Shown here one piece after another: positions 38,191-51,632 of a stretch of DNA of 64,000 nt. The notes beneath the pieces were generated by a model. It saw only the letters and a list, made by a program, of their open reading frames with translations. It searched no databases and was not told where the DNA came from. The stretch's first letter is position 1; every line of letters starts with the position of its first letter. This DNA is from Callorhinchus milii (lineage: Eukaryota), in assembly GCF_018977255.1 (NCBI RefSeq), contig NW_024704743.1:83826001-83890000 (forward strand). The letters are read 5' to 3'. A program made the translations under genes and the position numbers.

Positions 38191-41100
38191 TCACTCTATC
38201 ATTATTCATCACCTGAATAGACATTGGGATTTTTGGTATCCAAGAACTAACCTCCCACAACACAGTACTCCCCCTGGCTTTTCAAGCAATGGTTAAAAAG
38301 AAATATGAATTATGCTAATATTCTTTCGGTTAATAAAACAAGAATGTAAAATTCTGATCTATCCTGTTTGAAATCCCAATCTATTTCCTGCTTTGCTTTT
38401 GTTTGCTTGATAAACCTACAACCATCCATTCTTGAGTCAAAATTTATCAGTTCTTTTCTGAGTACTTGAAGTTACTTTAGAATGCAACATGACAAACAAC
38501 AGGAGACAGGTTTAGAGTAGTAAAGGGACAATTTCAAGGCAGATAATGGGAAGTTTCTCTTTACTCAGTTTTGTCCCCTTTTATTGTTTAGCTTATATCA
38601 CATTTAGTCTATAATTATGCCCTCTGATTTTCAAATCTTAGTTTTGCCCAAAATTACTACAAACATCAATCCCTTCCTTATTTTAAAGTCTTAAATCATG
38701 AGGTTGCTAATCTTCATTCCAGTGGAACAGATTTAATATCTGAAGCCTTTTTGCGTTCTTTGGTGATCATAAACCTGATGTTTCCATTCTTTGGATGAGA
38801 CTTTAAACAAAGTCCCATCTGTCTGTTCAGTTGGTGTTAAAGATCCCGTGGCACTATTTCAAAAGAGAAGGGAGTTTCTCCCAGTGTCCTGACCAAATAA
38901 AATTGGTCACTCACTTCATGGCTGTTTGTGGGACATTGTTATTCGCAATTGGCTGCCGCGTTTCGCCTACAAAATACACTGTCAATCCACTTTACAGTAT
39001 ATTGTATGCAGTGCTTTGAGACATTTATGTGATATGGAGCTGTATCAAATTGCAAGGATTATTATTATATATAAAATATAAGAATTATTATCAGGAAAAC
39101 TTTATTATTGTAATATTAATCTCAATTGAAAGAGACATCATTTTAACTTTTAAAAAAATAATTTAAATACTTTACTTGTCATCATCCCTTCTCTATACTA
39201 TTATTTTTAGTTCAGCTTTAACATTTACTAATTTTTATCAATGGTAACTTTTTTCTCCCATTGAAATATATGACCCAGTTTTGTGTTGATTTATTCCTAC
39301 TTCTACTGCCTGACTTGGCAGATAGGGACAGCGTTTGGCAAAAAGATTTTCTTTGGCTCAAAGTTGTGTTGATAGACTGCATAAAGGCAATAAAAAATTA
39401 AAAATACTGTTGAGACCATCTCTGAAAGATCTCTCAAGTGATATTCTGATCTAAAAACTGAAAGTGAATGAATGAACATACCCGTAGCTCTCTGAGGGTT
39501 AATATCCTGAATTGTTGCCAATGTAAGTTTCATTTGTAAGTGTATATGTCGTAAAATTTTATAACATACTTTGTTTAATCGTTTCTTATTATAAAGGCTC
39601 TTAAATTAAGAGTTGTGACTTTAATTCGCCATAATTATGTACCTCAGAGTTTTTGATGAGTGCGGAGCCATGTTCTGAAAATATAAATGTCCAAGATTAC
39701 CTTTTAAATGATCTTCTCATTTTAAACGATCTTATTAAGGGTTTGTAAAACTCAGAGATTTATTCATTTGGAGCAATGCTGTGTACAATATTTGCTCTTA
39801 CACTTTGGACTTTTTATTTGAATTTGTTTAAGTACAATATTACTTGATTGTATTTTAATATTAAGTACAAATAATATGACTTTGATGGGCATTACATGCA
39901 CAAATAATCCTAGATAATCCTATGTGATTTTCAGATCGCAAGAACGTCTTAAAGCACATCACAGGAATTACTGTAAAGTGCAGTGACTGTTTGTATTCTG
40001 TGGACGAAAGTGGTAGCCAATTTATACACAGCGAATGTCCTGTATACTGTACCAATTTATGCACAGCAAATCATTGTAATTGCAGATTAGAGTCACCTTA
40101 CAATGATTAGTAAATATCGATTTCCTATTTATTGTTTTCTTTCTTCGAGTTTCCCTTCTGTGTCATAATAATGCTTGATATAATGCTACATTTGATATAG
40201 CACCTATAATACTGAAAACATATCAGTGTTTTGCAGTTAATTACTGCAAAGTGTAAATACTGTGTATTTGTTGGCAAACATTGGCAGCAATATACCACAA
40301 ACAACCATGAAGTGAGTAATCAATTTATCTGAAGGATTATTGATCAGGTCATCAGGAGAAACTCCCTTCTCTTTTTGAAAAATATTATGGAAATCCTTTT
40401 GTCCATCTGAACTGGCAGATTGAATCTTAGAGATTATCACTCCCAACTGTGAGACAATCAGACTGCCTTCTCTCAGTTATCCTGGCTTGTACCCACCGCT
40501 TCCCTCCAACCATCCAAATTTAATCCCCAATTTTCATATTAAGTGGATTCATATATTATTGTTGTTTAATAGACAATGTTGGCATAGATGAGTGCCATGT
40601 TCATTTCTATAACACCTTTCTTGCCATTTGTACTAAGTTATTGGTGAATTCCCCCTGGGTCCAAGATTTAATTGAATTATATAGAATTTCATAGCATCCA
40701 GAATTTAGCAAATTCTTAAAAATAACCTTAATTTTGAAAACCCTTTTCTGCAAGTTTATTGCAGAAATCTGACTTCAAAGTTAAGTTTTAATTGAATAAT
40801 GGGTTAAGTTCTGGACACTGAAATGATACATAAGTGAAGTAAATCTAAACCATACCCACAAGGCGAATTTGGTAAATCTCTTTGAGACCTTAGTCTTAGG
40901 TGGAAGGTGCTATGTAAATTGAAGTTGTCATTATAATTGTATTCTTGTGTAACAACATAAGTAGAATTGCAATTGAGGAAAGAAAACAATTGGGAGAAAA
41001 AGATGGAAGATTAGTTTGGAAGAGAATGATTTCTCATTGTTCTCTCCAGTTAACTAGATAATTAGCTAGGAATATAATGCGGGGGGATGAAATTGAGTAT

Positions 41101-42403
41101 TCCAGATGAAATTGGTCATCACTTCATGTCAGTTTGTGGGACATTGTTGTGTATTAATTGGCTGTTGTATTCACCTAAAATTACACAGTCACTCCACTTT
41201 TCAGTTAATTCTGTGAAGTGCTTTGAGACATTTTAATGACGTGATAAGATACTATATCAAACACAAGTATTATTATTAATATTCATTCCTAATTAACCCA
41301 GGTTTTAGTGCTAATCGGGGAAAGAAAACAATTTGAGAAAAAAAAGATGCTCCTGCCCTTTCCCCATACGCTTGAAATTTACTCCTTTTTATATATCTAA
41401 AACTCGGGTTCATTAAGGACTGGATATTAATAATAATGGATTATGTACAGGCTTTTTGATTCCAAACCTCAGTCATATAATTTAGCAAGGATCCAAAGCC
41501 TCTATTTTCAGCCACGGGAGTGGTGATTTCATGCTTTTGCACCAGGCAATGCAATCATATTAATTTTAAAACATAAAATTGAAAATTAAAATGCCATTTC
41601 TGTGATTGGGAGATCAACCACAGTTTATGATGTGAAAAGCCTATGGGAGAAACCTATTTAAGTAGGTGGTTGAATACAAAGGCAATTTTATTTAGATGAA
41701 AAAAGGAGATACTCCAAGGTCACTTGCAATCACTCATGATTAACAAGTGAAAAGTGCAGTTCAGCTGGAGTTTACAGTGCGAGCTTCATTCTCAGGAATA
41801 AAGTCAACACTTAGATCTCAGATTAGATAAACACTTGGAGCATATCCCTTCATTAAGAAGTGAAGTGGTTGGAATCAAAGAAATCAGCCTTCAAAATGAT
41901 AATAGTCCTTACATTTGGTACAGCATCTTTTACATCAGGAGGATGTTCCAAAGTGCTTCATACTGTAATGTACAGTGACTGTGGTTTGTGGGCAAATGCA
42001 GCAGCCAATTTGTGCATAGCAATGTTCTCCAAACAGCCATGAATTTAGATTAAAAAACATTTTTTGAGATGAGAAAAGGAGTTAAAGACTCCCAAATCAC
42101 TTACGAACAACCATGACTAACAAATGCAAAGTGTAGTTCAGCTGGAGCTCAGATAGCGAGCTTCAGTCTCAGGAATAAAGTCAACAATTAGTTTATTGAT
42201 CAACCTTCTATCATGTCTGGATTTTGAAAAGTGTGTAATGGTAATTAAGGGACAAATATTGATTAATAATTGGTTCTTTTGTTGTCATTTCTCTGATAAT
42301 CTAACCCGATGAAGAAAGTCTACAGTCAATACTTAACCACAGAAATTCCATTTAAAAAATAGCAAAATTGGGAATACCTATTCCAGAAGTTATTTGTCTT
42401 CCT

Positions 42404-44175
42404 CACAACAACAAAATTACATTTGTATAGCGTCTTTCATGTCGGGAGGACGTCCCAAGGGGCTAGACAGTGTACAGCATTTCAGACCCGAGCTGAGGTC
42501 AGGGGGGGAGAATGGAGGGAAGGGAAAGGGGGGTGACCAATGCATGGTTGAAGAGGAGAGTTTTGAGGTGAGACTTGAAGGAGGCTAAGGAGAGGACGAG
42601 GCGCAGTGATTGGGGGATGGCTGAAGGCTCTCGCGCCAATGGTGGGGCGGGGCGGTCGGTGGATGTGCAGCAGGCCGGAGCCAGCTGAGCAGAGGGAATG
42701 GGCAGGTTGGTAGGGAGTTATTAGGTTGCAGAAGTAGGATGGGGCGAGGCCATGGGGGCTTTGTAGGTGAGGACCAGGATCTTGAACTGGATCCTCTGAA
42801 GGATAGGGAGCCAATGGAGTTGGGCAAGAATGGGGGAGATGGGGTCACAGAATTTGGTGCGAGAGAGGACACGGGCTGCAGAGTTCTGGATCATCTGCAG
42901 CCTGTGGAGGGAGGAGTGGGGATGACCGACAAGCAGGGTGTTTGCATAGTCGAGCCTGGAGGTGATGAATGCATGAACAAGAGTTTCAGCCGCCTGAGGG
43001 GTGAGGTAGTGGCGGAGTTGGGTGATGCTACAGAGGTGAGGGAAGGCAGAGCAGGTCATGGCTTGGATGTGGGGAAGAAAAGACAGTTGAGGGTCGAACA
43101 AGATACCTAGGATCCTGACTGGCTTGGTGAGTTGTAGTGTACAACCATGGAGGTTGATGCTGCCAGAGGCACTGACGCGAGCCAATCAGGAGGGCCTCAG
43201 TCTTGTTCACATTCAATTGTAGGAAATTTGCCCTCATCCAGGACTCATCTGTCAGGACAGCAGTGGTCCTGAAGTTGAGGGTGGAGGCAGAAAGATAGAG
43301 TTGGGTGTCATCCACATACATATGGAATTTGACCCCATGTCTGCGGATGATGTCACCAAGAGGGAGCATGTAGATATTAAAAAGGAGAGGGCAAGGACAG
43401 CGCCCTGGGCAACGCCAGACGTGACAGTGCAGGAGGGGGCTGGAGGAGAAACCGTTAGAGGTAACAAAGTGGAGACGGTGAGAGAGAGAGGAATCGAACC
43501 AGACAAGGGCAGATCCGCGAAGATTAAGTAAAGAGGAGAGTCGGTGTATAAGGATGGAGTGGTCGGCAGTGTCGAAGGCAGCAGAGAGGTCGAGGAGGAC
43601 AAGGAGGCAGAGGGAGCCCTGATCACAGATGTTCAAAATGTCATTAGTGACTTTGACCAGGGCTGTTTCCATGCTGTGGGCAGCACGGAAGCCGGATTGG
43701 AGGGGTTCAAAGAGGGAATGGCAAGAAAGGAGCAGAGCAGGGATGTGATGACTTGTTCCAGGACTTTGGAGAGGTATGGAAGGTTAGAGATGGGGCGGTT
43801 GCTGAAGAGGAGGGATGGGTCCAGGGAAGGTTTTTTTCAGGATGGGGGTGATGACGGCTGTTTTTAGGGGTGTGGGAACTGAACCAATGGACAAGGAGAG
43901 GTTGATGTCATCAGACAGGAGAGGGCCCAGAAGATGGAGCTGGGAGATGTGGAGAGAGGTGGGGATGGGATCGAGGGAGCAGGTGGTGGGTTTGAGTTTG
44001 CGAGTAATTGCGGTGAGGGAGGAGGGAAAGATAGGGTCGAAGGAGTATGGGGGGGATGGGTGGGGAGTGGGTCATGAGGGAGAGGTGATGTGGGGGTGGC
44101 GGTGAACGGGGCAGAGGTGCTGAACATATCCCCTCGATTTTGGATTCGAGGAAGTTCAGCATCTCCTCACAGTTG
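42404..44175 (-). mobile_element. 5'-truncated L2 LINE
   Basis: [12 protein letters not shown]...[10 protein letters not shown]...HGVKFHMYVDDTQLY...LHWLPILQRIQFK, with (CAA)n tail. Confidence 0.92.
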
Positions 44176-47100
44176 GAGTCCTCACAGTTTTCTTACTAAT
44201 GAATGATTAATTGAGGACCAGGTTAGAACACTAACACAATTGCTATTAAATCCTGGGGGAGCAGGTATAGCTAAGTCAATTCACCACACTGTCATATTCT
44301 CAACATAAAGCTGTGTTTTCAGGACTAAACCTAATCCAACATTTAAATGCACCAATACCAAATAGAATGTAGCAAATAAAATATACACTAATGATAATAG
44401 ATTGTCGAGGATCCTACTTGGAAAACAAATTTGCTTTTGATGTAACTTCAAATCATCTGCAACGTAAATTGTATTTAGTGCAGTGAGAGCCCAACTGCAT
44501 ACTGTCAAGTGAGTCAAGTTGTTTCACCAAGCCGGAATTTGTGAAGTTTCATATCTAGAAGTTAAGGCTATTTGATAATTGGTAATAGCTGGCAGCTCTC
44601 TCCCACCCCCACCCACTCCCCCACCCCTGCTAATAAAAGGCCTATTGTACTTCAGGCTTTTTCTGCGGTTGTCTGCCTCCTAAAACACACACAATCAAGA
44701 TATCTTTTTAGAGATAGAATATTAATAAGCTGATTTATTTATTTATTTATCGCTTCAATTAATTCTACAGCAAATTTGGGGGTAATTATACAAGGATAAA
44801 TTACATATTTTAATTTGTAGCTGTGTGCTGTGTGATCAGCACTGAGCTAGAACAAGCTGGAGTGAAACACTAAAGCCAGCAAAATGAATATAGTTATGCT
44901 TTTTATTGCTGTTAAATTACAGGGTTGGGACTCTCTTTATAATTAAATGTTATTTTTCATGTCAGACACAAACACCACTCAGTACAACAAACAATAATGA
45001 ATTAGCTTTCTGTTTACACACAGTTATAATTAAAATGGGTTGGTCCTTTAACTATTTGCATCCTTTGTCTTATCAAGACAAATTCATGATTGTTTATGTT
45101 TCTTTCACATATTTTGACAATGTTATGCTCTCTTCCCTGTGAGGGATTTCAGTCCTGTAAAATAAAATCTTTCTGTATTTAGATGTTGCCAAGCCAGGTA
45201 CATAAATCCACAGAACCATAGATATTTACAGCACAGAGGAGGTCATTGAGCCATTCAGCTTATAGTGTCTGTATTGGCTCTTTGAAAGAAGCTACCATTT
45301 AGTCCCATTCTCCTGCCTTTTCCCCAAATACTTATATTTCTTACACGTTAGATGTAGAAAGATCACTGTCAAGAAATGCCAAGCTTGTTCTAATCAGATA
45401 GTCAGCATGAGGGATTATGGGATGAAATTTGTAACATTTCATAACTTATCTGATGCCATCAGGTTGAATCAGTCAAGTGCCTTTTGGGACATTCTGCCAA
45501 TGTGAAAGGCGCTGTATAATTGCGATTTGTTGTTGTTATGAAATGTCACCAAGTTACCTCCCTATGACATGTGAATTATTATTAAATAAGAAGTTACAAG
45601 CTGGTGTTGCTGTTCATAATCAGACAGCAAATTAAATAGGACAATTCAGTGCGTACACTGCATACCGTAGGAGTATAACTATTGCTCTTGGGGAAACTAC
45701 ATAAATCTGATGATTTAAAGCGAAGCCCCCTCAGGAATTGTCAGGACATCTTTGTGACGGTTATAGAATTAACACAATTTATTTTCCACATAGAAAGCTT
45801 ATGGCAGTCATTAAATTCTTTCATTTATGTATTTTGCAGGGCAAAGAGCCTCTTGCATAAATTATTTGAAACTTCAATCCTGCAGTTGTTATAATGTTGA
45901 AAATTTGTTTTGATAAATGTATCTGTGTTGTGTTTTGAAATCTTTATAAGGGTAATTAATTCTATGGAGAAGTGTCGATTGGAACTGAAATATCACTTTT
46001 TACATGTATTTTCTTGTTAAAGTGTGTACTTAAATTAATTCATTGTGTAATCTATAATAAAAGAGCTGTTTAGCGCCCTGGGACGTCTTTCCGATGTGAA
46101 GGGTGCTATGCAAGTGTAATTTTCTGTTGTTGTAATTGTATGATAGTGTTTTTTGTTGGTCAGTGTGTGACTGACACGTAGAAATCCGTCACTATGCTTA
46201 AGAGTATCCAAACCAGCCTGAGAATTGCATGCATACTATTTATAGATGGAAATTTCCATATGTCTGTAATGGAATGTGCACGCTCTCACTGGAGGATCAC
46301 ACCCTGCTTACCTAGTTCAGAAGTGTGTTAATTGCAACTTGGCGAGAACCATGGCCTGGGGACTCCTGAATGTGGTTGGGGTACTACTGGAGTTCAACCA
46401 GCTAAAATCTCATAGCTTGCCAATGAGAACACTGCCTGGTAGGCCTTCTTTTGGTTGCGCCACCCAACTTGTAAGTTTTTCACAGGATCAGAATGGGAAG
46501 AATCCCTGCTCCCATTGTATGGTAGTGTAGATTGCAATGCATGGGATTCCACAAGTGAAGTCAATCAAAGCGATGGTGCGTTGCAAATTTAAATTTGGAT
46601 AAAATGTGAGCAGTTACTCAGAGTAGTTGATCTCCTTAAAAATAACAAACCAAAGTAGACTATCGAATAAACTATTAGATCAGTTACAAAAATGGATGTC
46701 ATGAATTGGTGTTATCGATTTGCTGTTAACAAAAAGCATGTGTAGATTATTTAAAGCAAACAGAAACAGAGTGACATATCTTGAGATGCTTTAAAAATGA
46801 CAATATTCAACACAAAAAAAATGCTGCTGAAAAAAAACAATCTGCCTCTTTACTTTTTGGTGTGTGAAATCTTTGTAACTCTGTACTATTGGCTAAGTTT
46901 TGTGTGCTCATTGTTTTGAAGAATATCAGCATATTGCATAAGTGTGTCCTAAAATACAAGTGAACAGAGCACAACAATCAGTCATTTGATCATTTGCTCG
47001 CTGTGTATTCCAGTGGCTTCAATAAATGTTCAAATATGTCGTCTTCACTTGTTACAGTTATTTTGTAAACTATGAATGCATGTGACGCTGGTTATGCAAG

Positions 47101-47896
47101 TACTAATTCACTACACTCATGTTGTGGGGTCTAAATTGCTAGATTTGCAATAGGATTTGTAAATAGCGAATTCTGGACCTGCCAATGCCAAACCTTTGGA
47201 ATGCTGCTTGGACTCCAAACTTAATTACAACTTGGGTGAAGTTAGTATCCTTATTCCACCCCGCTCAGCTCCTTCCCGCCCCCCCACTCCACCCCCCCAA
47301 ACCAAAACCCCACCTTTCACATATCAGTTTTGGTTACTAGTCAGCTATGAAAGATGTCCTTCCAAAAAAAAATTAATAATAATAATTGGTCACTCGATCC
47401 AAGAATGTTTGTAGGACACTGCTGTGTGCAATTGGCTGCTGTGTTTCGCTCACAAAATATACAGTCAATTCACTTTACAGTATATTCTATAAAGCGCTTT
47501 GAGATATCTCAAAGATATAATAAGGCGCCATATCAAAAGCAAAGATTATTATTATTATCTCACGATTTTAAGCTGTGAGCAGATCTTTAAATTTCAAGTT
47601 GGACCATTATTAGTAACTACACTTGTGAACACAATGCACCTCATTGTAAGTAGACTTCATTTTTTTTAATGATGAGAAAATGTGTGCAATTTAGATCTTG
47701 TTTCCTTTATTATAGTTCCACAGTCAATGATTATACAATGAGCAATAACCCATTTTCTCAAGATGTAATAATGGGAGCAACCAGGTTATCAGAGTATTTA
47801 ATTATTGGTCAGTATTATCTATCCCTATAGAGCGCAGCGAAATACTATCGCCAATAGGAGAATATGCTGTGTCAGTTCTTCCACTGTTACTCCATA

Positions 47897-50800
47897 TACA
47901 TAAGAACATAAGAACATAAGAATTAGGAGCAGGAGTAGGCCAGTCGGCCCCTCGAGCCTGCCCCACCATTCAATAAGATCATGGATGATCTATTCTAACT
48001 CCACCTACCCACCTTATCCCCATATCCCTTAATCCACAAGAAATCTATCAATCTCAGTCTTGAATATGTTCAAGGACTGAGCATCTGCAGCCCTTTGGGG
48101 TAGAGAATTCCATAAATTCACTACCCTCTGAGTGAAGAAGTTTTTCCTCAACTCAGTGTGAAAGGGCTTACCCCTAATTTTAAGACTGTGACCCCTGGTT
48201 ATAGTTTCTCCAACCAGGGGAAAAAGTCTCCCACTATCTATTCTGTCGTGCCCCTTTATAATCTTATAGGTTTCTATAAGATCACCTCTCATTCTTCTAT
48301 ATTCTAGAGAATATAGGCCTAAATTGCTCAACCTGTCCTCATAACTCATCCCCCTCATCCCAGATACCAACCTAGTGAATCTACGTTGTACCCCTCCAAG
48401 GCGAGTACATCCTTTCTTAAATAAGGAGACCAAAACTGCACACAATACTCTAGGTGTGGTCTCACCAGGGCCCTATACAGTTGCAGCAAGACTTCCCTAC
48501 TCTTATATTCTAACCCTTTTGTAACAAATGCCAACATACCGTTAGCCTTCCTAATTGCTTGCTGCGCCTGCAAACTAACTTTTTGTGACTGGTGTACAAG
48601 GACACCCAAGTCCCTCTGAACGCTAACTCTATCTAGTCTCTCCCCTTCTAAAAAATAATCTGCTCTGCTGTTTTTGCCATCTAAGTGGATGACTTCACAC
48701 TTCCCTACATTATACTTCATCTGCCACCTATTTACCCACTCACTTAGCCTATCTATATCTCGTTGCATTTTTTTAATGTCATCCTCGGTGTTTACTCTTC
48801 CTCCTAGTTTAGGGTCATCCGCGAATTTGGATATATTAAGTTCGATGTCCTCATCTAGATTGTTGATGTAGATTGTAAATAGTTGAGGCCCAAGCACTGA
48901 TCTGGCCTAACGGTCCACCGACAAATCTGGCTGGACCTCCTCAAAATTTACCGCTCCACTCTAGCCTCGGCCAAGTCGTCCTTCTACTCCAGGATAATCC
49001 TGGAGGCGAAGAACAACCCCAGGCTACTGTTTTCCACCACAACCCGACTCCTCCGTCCCCCCCGCCACCCCGCGCAGGTCATCTCCTCCAACCTTCACTG
49101 CGAGGAGATGCTGGATTTCCTTGAATCCAAGATCAAGGGAATTCGCTCCGCGGTCACTTCCCCTCCAACATCCACCTACCCCCTCACTCCCACACTCCGA
49201 CTGCTACCCATCCTCCCCTACTCACTTTTGTACCCGTTTCCCCATCCTCTGTCACCAAACTCATCCTATCCCTGAAACCAACCACCTACTCCCTTGACCC
49301 CATCCCCACTCCACTCCTTATCTCCCAGCTCCACTTTCTTGCCCCACATATCACCGACATCGTCAACCTGTCCCTCTCCTCTGGCTCTGTCCCCATTCCC
49401 TTAAAAACTGCCACCATCACGCCCACCCTGAAAAAACCCTCCCTTGATGCGTCGCAGCTATCAAGCTACCGGCCCATCTCCAACCTCCAACCTCCCCTTT
49501 CTCTCCAAGGTCCTACAAATGGCTTCTCCTCCACCCCCCGCACTGTCTCATGTGGTGTCCCTCAGGGCTCTGTCCTCGGTCCCCTCCTCTTCACCCTCTA
49601 CATGCTCCCCCTTGGTGACATCATCCGCAGACATGGAGTTAACTTCCACATGTATGCGGATGACACCCAACTCTACCTTTCCTCCTCTACTCTCAACTCC
49701 ACGACCACCGATGTCCTGACAGCCTGCCTGTCTGACATTGAGTCCTGGACGAGAGACAACTTTCTTCAGCTCAACGTGCGAAAAACCGAGGCCCTCCTGA
49801 TTGGCTCACGTCAGCGCCTCCGCACCTCAGGCGCCGACACCATCAGCATCCAAGGCTGCACTCTCCACCTCTCAAAGCCAGTCAGGAACCTCGGCGTTTT
49901 GTTCGACCCTGAGCTGTCCTTTCTCCCTCACATCCGCACCACAACTGGCACCGCCTTCCATCACCTCCGGAACATCGCCAGACTACGGCACTACCTCACC
50001 CCTCACGCTGCTAAAACCCTGGTCCACGCCTTTGTCACCTCAAGGCTGGACTATGGGAACTCTCTCCTCGCCGGCCTTCCCGCCACCTCCCTCCACAAGC
50101 TGCAGGTCATTCAGAACTCTGCAGCTCGTGTACTGTCCCGCACCAGGCTTCGGGAACACATCACTCCCACCCTCGCTCGCCTCCACTGGCTCCCCATCCC
50201 CCAGAGGATTGATTTCAAGATCCTCATCCTCACCTATAAGGCCATCCACGGCCTTGCTCCCTCCTACCTCACTGACCTACTATCCCCCTACCTACCCGCC
50301 CGTACCCTCCGTTCCTCCGGCTCCGGTCTGCTCCACGTTCCCCGCCCCAACCGCCCTACCATCGGTGGTCGGGCCTTCAGGCTCTCAGCCCCCAGGCTCT
50401 GGAACTCCATCCCCCAGTGCCTTCGCCTTGCTTCCTCCCCCTCCTCCTTCAAGGCCGGTCTCAAAACCTTTCTCTTTGACCGTGCCTTCAGCTCCCCTCT
50501 CGACTCTCTTCCCCTCCTCGCTCCCTCCCTTCCCTCCCCTCACCCTGACCATTTCCCCCTCCTCGCTCCTTCCTGACCCAACTGTGCAGCGCCTTGGGAC
50601 GTCCTCCTGACGTGAAAGGCGCTTTATAAATGGAATCTTGTTGTTGTTGTTGTTGTTGATCCTTGACGCACTCCACTAGTCACATCCCACCAATCTGAGA
50701 AGGACCCGTTTATCCCTACTCTTTGTTTTCTTCCCATTAGCCATTCTTCAATCCATGCTAATATATTCCCCTTAATTCCATGGGCCCTAATCTTGTAGAT

Positions 50801-51157
50801 CAACCTTTTATGCGGCACTTTATCGAATGCCTTTTGGAAATCTAAATACGCTACATCCACTGATTCCCCCCTATCTAATCTACTTGATATGTCCTCAAAA
50901 AAATCTAAAAGATTTGTTAAGCATGACTTCCCTTTTGTAAAGTCATGTTGACTCTGTCTAATCATATTGTGATCCTCTAAGTATCCCACTACGACATCCT
51001 TAATTAAGGATTCTAGAATTTTCCCTACCACCGATGTCAGACTAACTGGTCTACAGTTCCCCATCTTTTCTCTCCCACCCTTCTTAAATAGTGGTGTGAC
51101 GTTTGCGATCTTCCAATCAATGGGAACCGTTTCAGAATCCAAAGAATTTTGGAAGAT
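47897..51157 (-). mobile_element. CR1 LINE (RT region and 3' UTR) split by an L2 insertion
   Basis: WKIANVTPLFKKG...YLDFQKAFDKVPH...VTSGVRQGS continues as VLGPQLFTIYI...SKFADD...FFTQRVVNLWNSLP. Tail (CATAAGAA)n on the + strand at ~47897. Confidence 0.93.
48903..50658 (+). mobile_element. Young L2 LINE nested in CR1
   Basis: Open 324-aa C-terminal ORF2 segment at 49602-50576 with YADD, 3' hairpin and (TTG)n tail. TSD TGATC at 48898-48902 and 50657-50661. Internal deletion at ~49515. Confidence 0.95.
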
Positions 51158-51321
51158 ATACAGTAAACCCCCTTCTTACTTGACTCCAGGGATTTGGAAT
51201 TTGAACAAAGCTGGCCAAAAATTTCCATAGGCCGTGTGTAGACTCCCGCTGGCCCAACTCTCCTAGCTTACGCTGAGCAATCTCACTATCCCTAGGTACC
51301 AATGCAAACTGTGGATCAAAA

Positions 51322-51632
51322 TTAAAAAAAAAATCCATGCATTTGATATAGCGCTTTTCACATTTAGACGTCTCAAAGCGCTTCACAGAATAGTCTGTAA
51401 AGTGAATTGACGGTATATTTTGTGAGCAAAACACAGCAGCCAATTGCGCACAGCAGTGTCCCACAAGCAGTCATGGATTGAAGTGACCAAATTATTATTG
51501 TTTTTTTTTCTTGACGGATTATTATCAGGCGTGTGGAATAAGGAAACTTGCCCAAGGTTTTGCCCTGCCGGGAATCAAACCCGGGTCTCTCACTTACAAG
51601 GCGAGTGCTCTAACCACTGAGCTACAAGATCC
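51322..51632 (-). mobile_element. tRNA-derived SINE
   Basis: Reverse complement of head and body as in the other copies. Confidence 0.85.
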
